From Candidatus Kaiserbacteria bacterium RIFCSPHIGHO2_01_FULL_53_29 (GTDB taxonomy: Bacteria > Patescibacteriota > Minisyncoccia > Phycocordibacterales > UBA2100): a stretch of DNA of 64,000 nt. Location: assembly GCA_001781125.1 (NCBI GenBank), contig MFKT01000029.1, forward strand, positions 68,040-132,039, written 5' to 3'. The position numbers and the translations under genes were made by a program. The notes beneath the pieces are model-generated. The model was not told the DNA's origin. It saw nothing but the letters and a program-made list of their open reading frames with translations, and made no database searches. Positions 10,024 to 19,413 of this stretch are shown one piece after another (positions within the stretch are counted from its first letter, which is position 1; each line of letters begins with the position of its first letter).

Positions 10024-11391
10024 TTATGCGTGAATGAGTGTGCGGATGTGCTCGAGCTCGGCCTCGAGCGATGTGCTGGATTTGATCTCCTCTTTTATCT
10101 TTTCACATGAGTGGATCACCGTCGTGTGGTCGCGGCCGCCAAGCTTCTCGCCGATCGACGGGTAGGACACACTGAATTCCTCCCGCAACATGTACATGAT
10201 TATCTGCCGGGGCTTCACGACCTCCTTCTTGCGGGTCTTCTCGTAAATGCTTTTCTCGGGAATATCGTAGTACTGCGCGATGCGGCGCACGACCTCGTCG
10301 ACCGAAACACCGCGGTTGGGCTTCACGTTGTGTTTAATGAGGGCACGCACGTCTGCGTGTGAGACCGCCTTACCCTTGAGCTGCGACTTGCACACGATCA
10401 TGTTCAACACCCCCTCGAGTTCACGGATATTTCCGCGGAGATTCTCCGCGATGTACTGGATGATATCTTCGGGTATGGCAAAGCCATGCTGCTCTATTTT
10501 TGAGCGAATGATCGCAACACGCGATTCCTGATCCGGCTCGGGAATTTCCGCGATCATCCCGGCGCCGAAACGACCCTTGAGACGCTCCTCCAAACCCGGC
10601 AGGAGTGCGGGATGCTTGTCGCTCGAGAATACGATCTGTTTGTTGTTGTCGCGCATTGCGTTGAAGAGGTGGAACAATTCCTCCTGAGTTTTTTCCGTGT
10701 TCGCGATGAATTGCACGTCGTCCATGATAAGGACGTCATATTGGCGGTACTGGTCCTTAAAATTATTCGCGTGGCCTGCCCGCACGGCATTGATGTAATC
10801 CACCGAAAAACGCTCCGAGGTCACATAAAGCACTTTCTTGTTCGCGTGGCCTTTCTTAAAATAATTTCCGACCGCCTGGATCAGGTGTGTCTTGCCGTGG
10901 CCTGTCTGACCGTAAATAAAAAGCGGATTGTATGCAAGCCCCGGACGCTCAAGAATGGCTTTTGCCGCAGCGTGCGCGAGTTCGTTGAATGGCCCAACGA
11001 CGAAGGTCTCAAACGTGTAGCGTGGGTTCAGATTATCGCGCTTGTCGATATACAGAGCCTGCAGATCAAGTGCGGCGTTCTCATTCACCTGTGGCCGCGG
11101 GAGCTTGCGCTCGCTTGGAGCGGCCGCCGAGCGGTGAACGGCATATTCGACGGTGCGCACCGAGCTGTCGAGGCCGCGGAGAGCCTTCATAATGAGCTTA
11201 TGATGTTTTTCCATGAGCCATTCTTTGACGATCTTCGAAGGAACTGCCACATGGACAGTGCCCGCTTCGCGGCTTGCGATATCGGTATTCCGGAACCACG
11301 TGCGGAAGGATGCCTCAGAGGTCCCAAGCTCGATCTGGACGAGCGCATTTTGCCATAGTTCGCGATTGCTCATAGAAGTGAGGGTTGTCAT
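10024..11391 (-). CDS. dnaA: Chromosomal replication initiator DnaA
   Basis: LNPRYTFETFV, YNPLFIYGQTGHGKTHL, DDVQF, RELEG, GGRDHTTV. Confidence 0.98.
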   Translation of the reverse strand: MTTLTSMSNRELWQNALVQIELGTSEASFRTWFRNTDIASREAGTVHVAVPSKIVKEWLMEKHHKLIMKALRGLDSSVRTVEYAVHRSAAAPSERKLPRPQVNENAALDLQALYIDKRDNLNPRYTFETFVVGPFNELAHAAAKAILERPGLAYNPLFIYGQTGHGKTHLIQAVGNYFKKGHANKKVLYVTSERFSVDYINAVRAGHANNFKDQYRQYDVLIMDDVQFIANTEKTQEELFHLFNAMRDNNKQIVFSSDKHPALLPGLEERLKGRFGAGMIAEIPEPDQESRVAIIRSKIEQHGFAIPEDIIQYIAENLRGNIRELEGVLNMIVCKSQLKGKAVSHADVRALIKHNVKPNRGVSVDEVVRRIAQYYDIPEKSIYEKTRKKEVVKPRQIIMYMLREEFSVSYPSIGEKLGGRDHTTVIHSCEKIKEEIKSSTSLEAELEHIRTLIHA

Positions 11392-11577
11392 GCGCAGAAG
11401 TCGGTCCCATTATACGCGCCGCATCTCCCAAGGGAAGTGCGTGCGTTTTGGGAATCCGAGTGTATAAGGTGGGGATACACTGGGGACAGTAATTAGCCAC
11501 CAGCCGCTCGGGGTTAGAAAAAACAAAACCACATTTTCTAATGGCTAAACCCCAGTGGCTATGCTACCATTCCCCGC

Positions 11578-11712
11578 ATGAAACGAACGTGGCAGCCAAA
11601 AAAACGCAAGCGCGCAAAGACGCATGGCTTTCTGGCGCGCTCGGGGAGTGCCTCTGGTCGCAATGTACTGCGCCGCCGCCGCCGCAAAGGGCGCGCGAAG
11701 CTCTCGGTCTGA
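11578..11712 (+). CDS. rpmH: 50S ribosomal protein L34 (not in ORF track)
   Basis: Translates [44 protein letters not shown]. Confidence 0.96.
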   Translation: MKRTWQPKKRKRAKTHGFLARSGSASGRNVLRRRRRKGRAKLSV

Positions 11713-11715
11713 CAA

Positions 11716-12066
11716 ATGCCAAAAAAATACCGTCTGTCGCGGTCTGACTTTCTCGGCCTTGATCGTAAAAGGTCACGGCGTGTGCATGGGACCTGTTTTT
11801 CCCTTACCATAGCACCGCTTCCGGAAGGAGAGAGGGCAAAAGCGGCCGTGGTTGTTCCTAAAAAAATGGCGGCGCGGGCAGTCGATCGCAACCGGATAGA
11901 GCGCCGCGTGCGCGAGGCTTTGCGGCCCCTTCTTGCCCGTCTCCAGAGCCCCACTGTACTCGTTTTTCATGCCAAGCGTGAGGCAGCAGAGGCATCCTTT
12001 GCAGATACGAAGAAAGACATCAAAACACTTTTGGGGCGAGCGGGTTTGGGGGATACAACCCTGTAG
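11716..12066 (+). CDS. rnpA: Ribonuclease P protein component
   Basis: VPKKMAARAVDRNRIERRVRE (RNR motif); canonical position after rpmH. Confidence 0.92.
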   Translation: MPKKYRLSRSDFLGLDRKRSRRVHGTCFSLTIAPLPEGERAKAAVVVPKKMAARAVDRNRIERRVREALRPLLARLQSPTVLVFHAKREAAEASFADTKKDIKTLLGRAGLGDTTL

Positions 12067-12161
12067 TGAAATTTCGGCTCGCCCCGTAGTAGAGCGAAGC
12101 TTCACTACAGGGCTCGCGGCGCAGGCGCAAAATTCAGTAGCCGAAATTCTACTACAGGGTA
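12058..12161. repeat. Nested inverted-repeat element, CCCYGTAGT...ACTACRGGG family
   Basis: accctgtagtgaaatttcggct / agccgaaattctactacagggt outer IR plus inner ccccgtagt...actacaggg hairpin. Confidence 0.8.
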
Positions 12162-12174
12162 CAATGCCCACACT

Positions 12175-12921
12175 GTGATTTCCACACTTTTTCACGCGAC
12201 GGTGTACGACCCGCTCTACAACGGCCTTGTCTTTTTCGTCGGCGTCATCCCAACCCACGACGTGGGGCTTGCGGTCATCGCGCTCACGATAGTCGTACGC
12301 ATCATCATCTATCCCCTTTCACAGCGCGTTATAGAGTCGCAACTTGCGATGAAAAAGGTCGCGCCGGCAGTGGAGGAGATCAAGAAAAAATACAAGAAGA
12401 ATTCTCCCGAGCAGAGTCAGGCAATATTTGCTCTCTATCGGGAGCGTGGTGTACATCCCTTTGCGAGCCTCGGACTCCTCCTCGTTCAATTTCCCGTTCT
12501 GATCGGTCTCTACTGGGTGTTTTTAAACGGCGGATTACCGAACATCGACACCTCCCTGCTCTACTCATTTGTTCCGGTGCCCGAATCGGTCAACATGGAA
12601 TTCCTTGGATATGTAGACATGGCGGCCAGCCACAATCTCGTTCTTGCGGCCTTGATAGCGCTCTCCCAGCTCGCTTACTCGCGCTTGTCGATGGGACCGC
12701 GTGAGAAGGCGCTTGAAAGCACACCGGTCGAAGCGTCTCTTTCGGGTGATATGGCAAAGAGCTTCGATCTGCAGGCGCGCTATGTATTCCCCGCGATGTT
12801 CGGTATCATCTCGTACTTCGTCGCTTCCGCGGCACCCCTCTACTGGCTTACGAGCAATGTATTCATGATCGGGCAGGAGCTCGCGTCGGGTAAACGGTTC
12901 GGACGGAGTAGTCCGCATTAA
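12175..12921 (+). CDS. yidC: Membrane protein insertase YidC/Oxa1 family
   Basis: GLAVIALTIVVRIIIYPL, LYRERGVHP, VQFPVLIGLY, LYW. Confidence 0.93.
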   Translation: MISTLFHATVYDPLYNGLVFFVGVIPTHDVGLAVIALTIVVRIIIYPLSQRVIESQLAMKKVAPAVEEIKKKYKKNSPEQSQAIFALYRERGVHPFASLGLLLVQFPVLIGLYWVFLNGGLPNIDTSLLYSFVPVPESVNMEFLGYVDMAASHNLVLAALIALSQLAYSRLSMGPREKALESTPVEASLSGDMAKSFDLQARYVFPAMFGIISYFVASAAPLYWLTSNVFMIGQELASGKRFGRSSPH

Positions 12922-12969
12922 GGCGGTCAGTTATTTTGAAAATCCGGGCACGAGGAGTATAGTTCCCCG

Positions 12970-13443
12970 ATGCCGGATGTTGAAGCAATTCTCAAGGAAC
13001 TCCTTGCTGCTCTCGGCGTCCCCTATGTGAGCGTCGAGCATAGCTCGATCGCCGGACAGGAGATCTTCTCGATCCGCACCGAGGCGGAGGCCCGCGTCCT
13101 TATCGGCATACATGGCGACACTGTGCACGCGCTCGACACCTTGGTAAAAAAGATCTACGAGAAACGCCTGCCTGCTCCCGCGGAAGGAGAGATAGCGGAG
13201 CGCTCCCCGATGTTCCTGATCGACGTCAACGACTATCGCGCGAAGCAGATCAAGGATCTGCAGGCGAAGGCCCTCATGATGGCCGAGCGTGCGCGCTCGT
13301 TCCAGTACGACGTCGAGCTCTCCCCCATGAGCTCATACGAACGTCTCATTATTCACACGACGCTCCAGGACGCGCCGAACGTGAAAACAGAGTCACAGGG
13401 AGAAGGAAGAAATAGACGAGTCGTGATTAAATATTCAGTGTAA
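12970..13443 (+). CDS. jag: Jag/KhpB-like KH + R3H RNA-binding protein
   Basis: LIGIHG KH loop, PMSSYERLIIH R3H, TESQGEGRNRRVVI. Confidence 0.88.
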   Translation: MPDVEAILKELLAALGVPYVSVEHSSIAGQEIFSIRTEAEARVLIGIHGDTVHALDTLVKKIYEKRLPAPAEGEIAERSPMFLIDVNDYRAKQIKDLQAKALMMAERARSFQYDVELSPMSSYERLIIHTTLQDAPNVKTESQGEGRNRRVVIKYSV

Positions 13444-13631
13444 CGCAAGGAATCGCGGGGTGAGACGGGGGCGGGGCCCCGTCGCAAGGCCGGAGGCGCT
13501 CGGCGCCGAGGCGGGGTCGCGCAATTTTTCAGCAGAAAAATATGCGTGACAGTGACGCAACCGTAGAGTGGTGATCAAATACGCAACAGAGTAGGGCGTG
13601 TCCTCCTGAGGTCCTCGCACTCACCTGACCG

Positions 13632-14024
13632 TCAGTCTACCTTCGCCGGCGTGATGTTTTGGAGGGCTTTCAAGGTCAAAATATCCGGATTGATCTGGTA
13701 GAGAATAAGATAAATTGCAAGAAGCAAGAGGAGCCCGAACGTCACTTCGCCGAGGATGCCTTTGGCCGCGCTCTTTGTGCTCCACATATCGGCTGCTCCC
13801 ATGTAGAGGTACCCTGCATAGGCTATCCGCAAGACGGCGCCGATCGCACCGATCACAAGCGCGAATTTGAAAAGGCTGTTGACGAAATTCGAGAGATCGC
13901 CCTGCGTAGCGTAGAGCTGCCCCAATTTTGATGACCCCGGTGTTTGCGCAAGCGGTACAAAGGTTCCCACTTGGTAGAGTACAAAACGTCCGCGAGATCT
14001 CAGATACTGTAGGAATTTCTTCAT
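13632..14024 (-). CDS. Pilin-like (TrbC/VirB2-type) membrane protein
   Basis: Two TMs joined by IAYAGYLYM...SAAKGIL, ending LILYQINPDIL; last gene of the T4SS-like cluster. Confidence 0.7.
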   Translation of the reverse strand: MKKFLQYLRSRGRFVLYQVGTFVPLAQTPGSSKLGQLYATQGDLSNFVNSLFKFALVIGAIGAVLRIAYAGYLYMGAADMWSTKSAAKGILGEVTFGLLLLLAIYLILYQINPDILTLKALQNITPAKVD

Positions 14025-14029
14025 GGGAA

Positions 14030-15277
14030 TCATTTGTTGAGCCGCAGGAGCCAGAGAGATCGATCGGTCGCATTTATGAATGCGACATAGTCTCCTCCGC
14101 TGTCCACGATCGGATCGGTAACATCGACCGACGTACCGGCCGGCGAGTACACAAGTTCGGCAGAGCCGGCGAGAGCCTCCACGCGCCAGAAGGCGTCGGA
14201 CGAGTGTATGGCTCCACGGTACCAGTCGTCGAGGAAATTTCTGATCGTTGGTGTCTGCGGCACGCCGCAATATGCGATTAATTCCTTGCCACTTTGCCAT
14301 ACGCACTTGTCTGCAACCGTTTTTATCGGGAGGAGCACCGCTTGTGTGTTCGGAGTCGCCTGTGCGTAGAGAGCCATGGCGCTACCCGCCGATTCTCCCC
14401 AAAGGAGCGCACCCGACGCGTTTTGCCCCGCCGGGGCGGAGCGGGGCAAGATCGTAAGACCGGACGTTGCCCGCAGAAGCGGATCCAGCGTGCCGTCAGC
14501 CTTGAGCTCATACGCGTATCCGGGCACGCCACCTGAAGCGGCCTGTGCAAGAATGATACGGCCGTCCTCAAGCCACAGCAAACGCCAATGCGTGATCGAG
14601 GATGTGAAGATTGTTTTTTGTTTTGATCCATTCCACTGCGAACGGACTCCGGTGACCCCTGTGCCTTCGTGTACGAGATAGAACAATTCATCGGACTTTG
14701 GATTTGTCACGATCTGTGTGATGTTTTTTGCCAGATACAGCCCGGGGAGTGATCGCGTGGATGTCGCGGTATCGGAGACGGGCGTACTGGTGGAAATAGT
14801 TGCAATGAACGTCGTAATGTTGCCCACCTCATCAAGCGAGCGCTCGATCACACGTCCGCTTTCTGTGAGCTGTGCCTCGTAGATCTTCGGGAGGAGCGTA
14901 TTGGAGAGTCGCAGTGTATTCCCCGTTTCCGGATCGGCCTCGAACACATAGCCGGTCGCACGCTCGACGTAGCGCAAGCGCACATCCTTTCCAGTCCCTA
15001 TAAATGCAAGACCGGCAACGGGTTTGCTTTGGACATGCCACAGCTGCGGCGGACGTGCCGTTTGCGTGGGTGAACCTTGCGTGTCCCGCGCGCCACTTCC
15101 AAAAACGGTATTCCCCGCGTTCCCCATGGGTGCCGTTGCCCCGTACCCGCGCGCTGCAGCTCCCGCACGGCTTGTCTGTGATTGCCCGCGCAGGAAAAAA
15201 TACCACCCTGAAAGCCCCCCGAGGATAAGGACCACTACGCCCGCGAGGATATACTCAATGACAGTCTTGGTTTTCAT
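14030..15277 (-). CDS. Hypothetical membrane-anchored, beta-propeller-like protein
   Basis: N-terminal TM, beta-rich body; within the T4SS-like operon. Confidence 0.7.
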   Translation of the reverse strand: MKTKTVIEYILAGVVVLILGGLSGWYFFLRGQSQTSRAGAAARGYGATAPMGNAGNTVFGSGARDTQGSPTQTARPPQLWHVQSKPVAGLAFIGTGKDVRLRYVERATGYVFEADPETGNTLRLSNTLLPKIYEAQLTESGRVIERSLDEVGNITTFIATISTSTPVSDTATSTRSLPGLYLAKNITQIVTNPKSDELFYLVHEGTGVTGVRSQWNGSKQKTIFTSSITHWRLLWLEDGRIILAQAASGGVPGYAYELKADGTLDPLLRATSGLTILPRSAPAGQNASGALLWGESAGSAMALYAQATPNTQAVLLPIKTVADKCVWQSGKELIAYCGVPQTPTIRNFLDDWYRGAIHSSDAFWRVEALAGSAELVYSPAGTSVDVTDPIVDSGGDYVAFINATDRSLWLLRLNK

Positions 15278-15280
15278 GGT

Positions 15281-16327
15281 TTATTGGTCCACAGAATGGA
15301 ATTGATCTTGTACGCCAGAACTTTCGGAGAAATTGATGTTCCAGGAACTTTTTGCATCCATGTAGTAATTCGTTGCATGAGTGAGTTCAAGTCCGAGAAG
15401 AGCGATTCCCGTTGAGTTCTTTGCGTTGATGGTTATCTCACTCGGACGCGCGGCATTTTGCGCCACTCTGGTGTTATTGACCCGCCAGTCAAAAATGAGC
15501 TGGGCATCATTCGCACTTTGCACCTGCGCAAAATAAGGTATCGCCGCGAACGTCATTTCAGATTCTGGGATGAAGGTCGAAGCGGAAAGTGCATCGTTGT
15601 ACAGGATGCCGAAGAGCGGATGATCTTTATAGAGTAAGAGAATGGGCTCGGTCGATGAGAGGGAAAGCGATCTCGCGCTCGAGAGCGCTGTGTCCCTCGT
15701 GCGGACTTCGAGTGTTATGATGTCAGTACCGAAGAGATGTGGTGAAGGAATTGTTATGCTCGATCTTCCTCTTCCCGAAACGCCCGCGATGACCTCACCG
15801 TTCCTCCGCCAGGTGTAGATGAGGTCAGCGTCGGCCGCAAAGAAACCCGTCGGGAGCTTGAAGCGGGGAATGGCCTGCAGATGAAGATCCACTCCCGCTG
15901 AAACGCGCGCCCCGCCCCGGTAGAAGGGCGGAACAAAAGAATCAGAATCGACCAGCAGATCGAGCCCGGTCGGTATGATCGTAACTTGCGCAGACGCGAC
16001 CGTGCCGACCGGCATGATCGCATCAACCACGATCTTCGTCTCGGTCCCCAGATCTCCTGCGACGACTGTCGCCGTATCGACGCCATCTCCTTGCGCGATC
16101 ACTTTTCCGTTCGCATGCCACGTCAGCGTGATCTCGGAGAGGTCTAAGCTCAAGCTCCGTGCGCTCAAACGCACCGTGTCTCCCGCATCAGGGTGTGCGG
16201 GCGAAAGAGAGATCGAGAGATCCGCACCTTGCTCCGGAGAGGTGAATTGTGCATAGCCGGGCATTGCAAGAAAGAGTGCGGACAGTGCAAGAAATCCAGC
16301 AAGAGCCCCAGCAAAGCGCGCGCTCAT
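15281..16327 (-). CDS. Hypothetical secreted protein with Ig-like repeats
   Basis: Signal peptide; three W-x-x-N-G/N-type repeats (TWHANG, TWRRNG, DWRVNN). Confidence 0.7.
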   Translation of the reverse strand: MSARFAGALAGFLALSALFLAMPGYAQFTSPEQGADLSISLSPAHPDAGDTVRLSARSLSLDLSEITLTWHANGKVIAQGDGVDTATVVAGDLGTETKIVVDAIMPVGTVASAQVTIIPTGLDLLVDSDSFVPPFYRGGARVSAGVDLHLQAIPRFKLPTGFFAADADLIYTWRRNGEVIAGVSGRGRSSITIPSPHLFGTDIITLEVRTRDTALSSARSLSLSSTEPILLLYKDHPLFGILYNDALSASTFIPESEMTFAAIPYFAQVQSANDAQLIFDWRVNNTRVAQNAARPSEITINAKNSTGIALLGLELTHATNYYMDAKSSWNINFSESSGVQDQFHSVDQ

Positions 16328-18225
16328 ACCGAAGCGAGGCGGGGTGCACTCGTGGTCGCAGTATCAGCTCCCGGGGCAGCGTGAGCAGGCGCTTGCGAGG
16401 GCAAGGTGGGTTCGTTCGCACTCGCGAGATCCATTTTAGCTTTTTTGATCGCGAGAATTTGTGAGGGGTCCGAGGTGATGATCTGATCTTCAGTATACGA
16501 TGCGATCACTTTGATGGCGACGTGTTTCAGCCCCGCGAAGAATATCCCCTCCCCCACATCCGATTCCAAGAGTAGATATTTTTCTTCGTCTGAAAGTTTG
16601 AATGTCTGTTGGACAAGATCGACCGATGTCGGCGATTGGCGCAAGAGAAGTTGGATCGAGGAGTTGGTGATCATGGGGATGCCGTAGGGCGAATTGAGGA
16701 AGTCGGAGACGTCCTGTGTGATCGTGGAAATGCCGAGATAGTATTTGCGTCCACGCTTCGCGATGGAAAAAAGAAAGGATGCCGTGTCTTCACTGCGCAT
16801 CATCCACCACGCTTCATCAATGACGAGGAGGCGCTTGCGCAACTCTTTGCGCACCGTGTTCCAGATATGGTGCGTGATGATGTACATGGCGACGGGCTTG
16901 AGGTCGTCTTCCATATCGCGCACAGAAAATACGATGAGTTTTTTATTCATGTCCACGTTGGTCGGGCGGTTCATGAATCCTGACCACGTACCCTTGGTGT
17001 ATTTCGAAAGTCGATTTACCAGCGACTCGCTCCCCTCCATGCCCGAGAGCACGAGCTCGAAGTCCGAGAGAAGCGGCGGCTCGACAAGCGCGAAGTTCGC
17101 TTCGGCGGTGATGTCTTTGAGCGCGTATGTTTCGGTAATGGCGCGATCTATGACCGCGTCTTCTTCGGGAGTGAGGCCGCCCAACATGATGCGGAAGAGC
17201 CCGACCAATGTAATGATGTTGTTGCGCAAGATGTCTCCGGGGTTCTCATCTTCGCGCGGCACGGGGAGATCGAAAGGGTTGATATGGTGCTCGCTCGAGA
17301 GTGAAATGTTGAAGTAGCGCCCGCCCACCGTCTCGGCCAAATATTCATATTCGCGCTCGGGGTCGATGACGATGACCTCTGTATCAAACATTAAACTTCG
17401 CAATATTTCAAGTTTCGTGGTATAACTTTTACCGGCGCCGCTCTTTGCGAATGTGACCGAATTATAGTTCTCTAAAGAAAAACGATCGAAAAGAATGAGC
17501 GATGAGTTGTGTCTATTGATACCGTAGAGAATACCCCGGTCCGAGGTGAGGTCGAATGAAATGAACGGGAAGATCGAGGAGAGCGGGGCGGAATTAAGCT
17601 TCGTGTGGACGTTGATCTCATCGGTCGCAAGCGGCAAGACAGAGCGGAAGCCCTGCTCCTGCTGGAAGAGCGCGGGGCGGATGTACACGAGACGCGATTC
17701 GAGGATCGAGCGGACCTCTGTCTCGACTCTGTCGATCTCCTCGCGGGTGTTGCCGTAGATCGTGAGATAGAGACCGACCTCAAAAATGCGCTCCTGTGCC
17801 TGCTGGAGAGAATCTCGCAGCTGTTCCAGATCCGAATACGCGGTATCGAGCATCGGGTCGCGCACCATGCCCTTCTGTTCGCGCGTCGAGATCTGGCTCT
17901 GCACTTCGGCGACTTTTTTCTGGAATTTTCGCAGCATCTCATTGGTGTCCATCGGATGGATGAAAATAGAAATGTCGATGACCTTGTCCATGTTGATGAT
18001 GGGGGCGAACCAGCCTGTGGTGAGGAAGCGGGGGTAGGAGATGACGAAGAATGTGCGGGCGATGCGCTCGCCCAAGTCGAGCTCGCGCGAAGAGATCCGG
18101 AGCGCGTGTGGCGCGATCACGTCCTGCAGATCCAACACCCCCGATTTGTAGATGTCCTCGGGAAGGACAGGCAAAACATTGGGCCCCTCCACTCGTTTCT
18201 TCTTGAACAGATCTAAGAGCGCCAT
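16324..18225 (-). CDS. VirB4/TraE-like type IV secretion ATPase
   Basis: AKSGAGKS Walker A, VIDPEREY, INPFD, LVIDEAW, KRGRKY, ITQ. Confidence 0.92.
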   Translation of the reverse strand: MALLDLFKKKRVEGPNVLPVLPEDIYKSGVLDLQDVIAPHALRISSRELDLGERIARTFFVISYPRFLTTGWFAPIINMDKVIDISIFIHPMDTNEMLRKFQKKVAEVQSQISTREQKGMVRDPMLDTAYSDLEQLRDSLQQAQERIFEVGLYLTIYGNTREEIDRVETEVRSILESRLVYIRPALFQQEQGFRSVLPLATDEINVHTKLNSAPLSSIFPFISFDLTSDRGILYGINRHNSSLILFDRFSLENYNSVTFAKSGAGKSYTTKLEILRSLMFDTEVIVIDPEREYEYLAETVGGRYFNISLSSEHHINPFDLPVPREDENPGDILRNNIITLVGLFRIMLGGLTPEEDAVIDRAITETYALKDITAEANFALVEPPLLSDFELVLSGMEGSESLVNRLSKYTKGTWSGFMNRPTNVDMNKKLIVFSVRDMEDDLKPVAMYIITHHIWNTVRKELRKRLLVIDEAWWMMRSEDTASFLFSIAKRGRKYYLGISTITQDVSDFLNSPYGIPMITNSSIQLLLRQSPTSVDLVQQTFKLSDEEKYLLLESDVGEGIFFAGLKHVAIKVIASYTEDQIITSDPSQILAIKKAKMDLASANEPTLPSQAPAHAAPGADTATTSAPRLASV

Positions 18226-18229
18226 AGAC

Positions 18230-18895
18230 CTATTTTTGGAGTGGCATCGGCTTGCCTTCCTCACCGGGGTTGAACATCTTGTAGAGAAGTTCTATTGCTT
18301 CTTCGGTGCCGAGTTGTACCGTGCGCACGCCGGTGCGCACCAGCCCCTGCTGCACGATCGAGACACGCTGCTCGAGCTGTGTGACCTGTTCTTCGAACGA
18401 CCTGTTCGCCTCTTCGCTCCCTTTCTTCTTTTTCCCGAATGGCAAGAGTGCGAGCGGACCCCTCTGCGTGATGTCGATCGACGCAGAGTACGGCACTGCG
18501 ACGAAGAAATTTTTTGTCATGATATTGGCGGCTTCGGTGAAGCTCTTTACGAACTCGATATATTCGCGGATCTGGATGCGCATGAGGTCGTCGAGCTGCT
18601 CCTTGTACGCGGCCTCCAGTGTCGCCACATAGGGGCGGATGTCGAGCATGCGCGACTGCACGAAGATCTGCACGGAAAAATCCAGCGAGTTGAGAAAATT
18701 TTGGAATTGCACGATGAATGCGGTTTGTTCATCTTCGGATTTAAGCGCGAAGTTGATGCTCGAGGCGAGAAGTATGGCGCGCAAGCCGCCGTCTTTGAGT
18801 ACGATGACACCGTCGCGCACCTCGGAAACCGGCAGGAATTCCTGCGTTGAGCGGGCGGAGGCGCGCGGGCCTTTATCTTCTGTTTTTGTGGGCAT
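18230..18895 (-). CDS. T4SS-associated protein preceding VirB4
   Basis: SINFALKSEDEQ...FQNFLNSLDFSVQI; lies between the PrgI-like and VirB4-like genes. Confidence 0.75.
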   Translation of the reverse strand: MPTKTEDKGPRASARSTQEFLPVSEVRDGVIVLKDGGLRAILLASSINFALKSEDEQTAFIVQFQNFLNSLDFSVQIFVQSRMLDIRPYVATLEAAYKEQLDDLMRIQIREYIEFVKSFTEAANIMTKNFFVAVPYSASIDITQRGPLALLPFGKKKKGSEEANRSFEEQVTQLEQRVSIVQQGLVRTGVRTVQLGTEEAIELLYKMFNPGEEGKPMPLQK

Positions 18896-18898
18896 AGG

Positions 18899-19408
18899 TT
18901 ACTGGCTGCGCGCGAGCGCTTGCTGCGCCGTGCGTATCGGTACGACGAGGTCTTGATCGGTGCGGATAATGTGGCGCTCCTCGTCGTTGGCGACCCCTCC
19001 CGCGATACGCTCCTTAATATCCAAACTCCACGAGAGTTCATGTAATCTGCTCTCGGAGAGCTTAGGCACGTAGATCTCGGCACTCCCCTGCGCCATCTTG
19101 CCCACCACCGGCATCGCAACACTTTTTTTGCGTGTGTTGTTCCAGAGATAGAGCTTGCTTCGCAGAAGGAAAAAGAACCCGTTCTCGAGGGCAAGAATAA
19201 ATGGCCGTCCATTGACCTGGAAAAAGGCAAGACCTGCGGCAAGGCCACCGGTGAGTACCACAAGAGGCGCCGCAAGATACATGGGCAATACGCGCCACAT
19301 GATGTAACAAGCGCCGAGGCCCCCGGCGACGTAGATGAATTGTTTAAAGGTCAAAGGGCCAAAAATCTTATCCTCGACCTCGATGAATTGTGGTACCTGG
19401 AATTGCAT
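18899..19408 (-). CDS. PrgI family membrane protein (VirB3-like)
   Basis: MQFQVPQFIEVEDKIFGPLTFKQF, two TMs, NGRPF. Confidence 0.85.
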   Translation of the reverse strand: MQFQVPQFIEVEDKIFGPLTFKQFIYVAGGLGACYIMWRVLPMYLAAPLVVLTGGLAAGLAFFQVNGRPFILALENGFFFLLRSKLYLWNNTRKKSVAMPVVGKMAQGSAEIYVPKLSESRLHELSWSLDIKERIAGGVANDEERHIIRTDQDLVVPIRTAQQALARSQ

Positions 19409-19413
19409 AGAGT

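Noticed and set aside
13408..13594. DGR template/variable repeat pair, given the Avd-like gene in the window
   Set aside because: Differences are not confined to adenines and are synonymous; no reverse transcriptase is present in the window.
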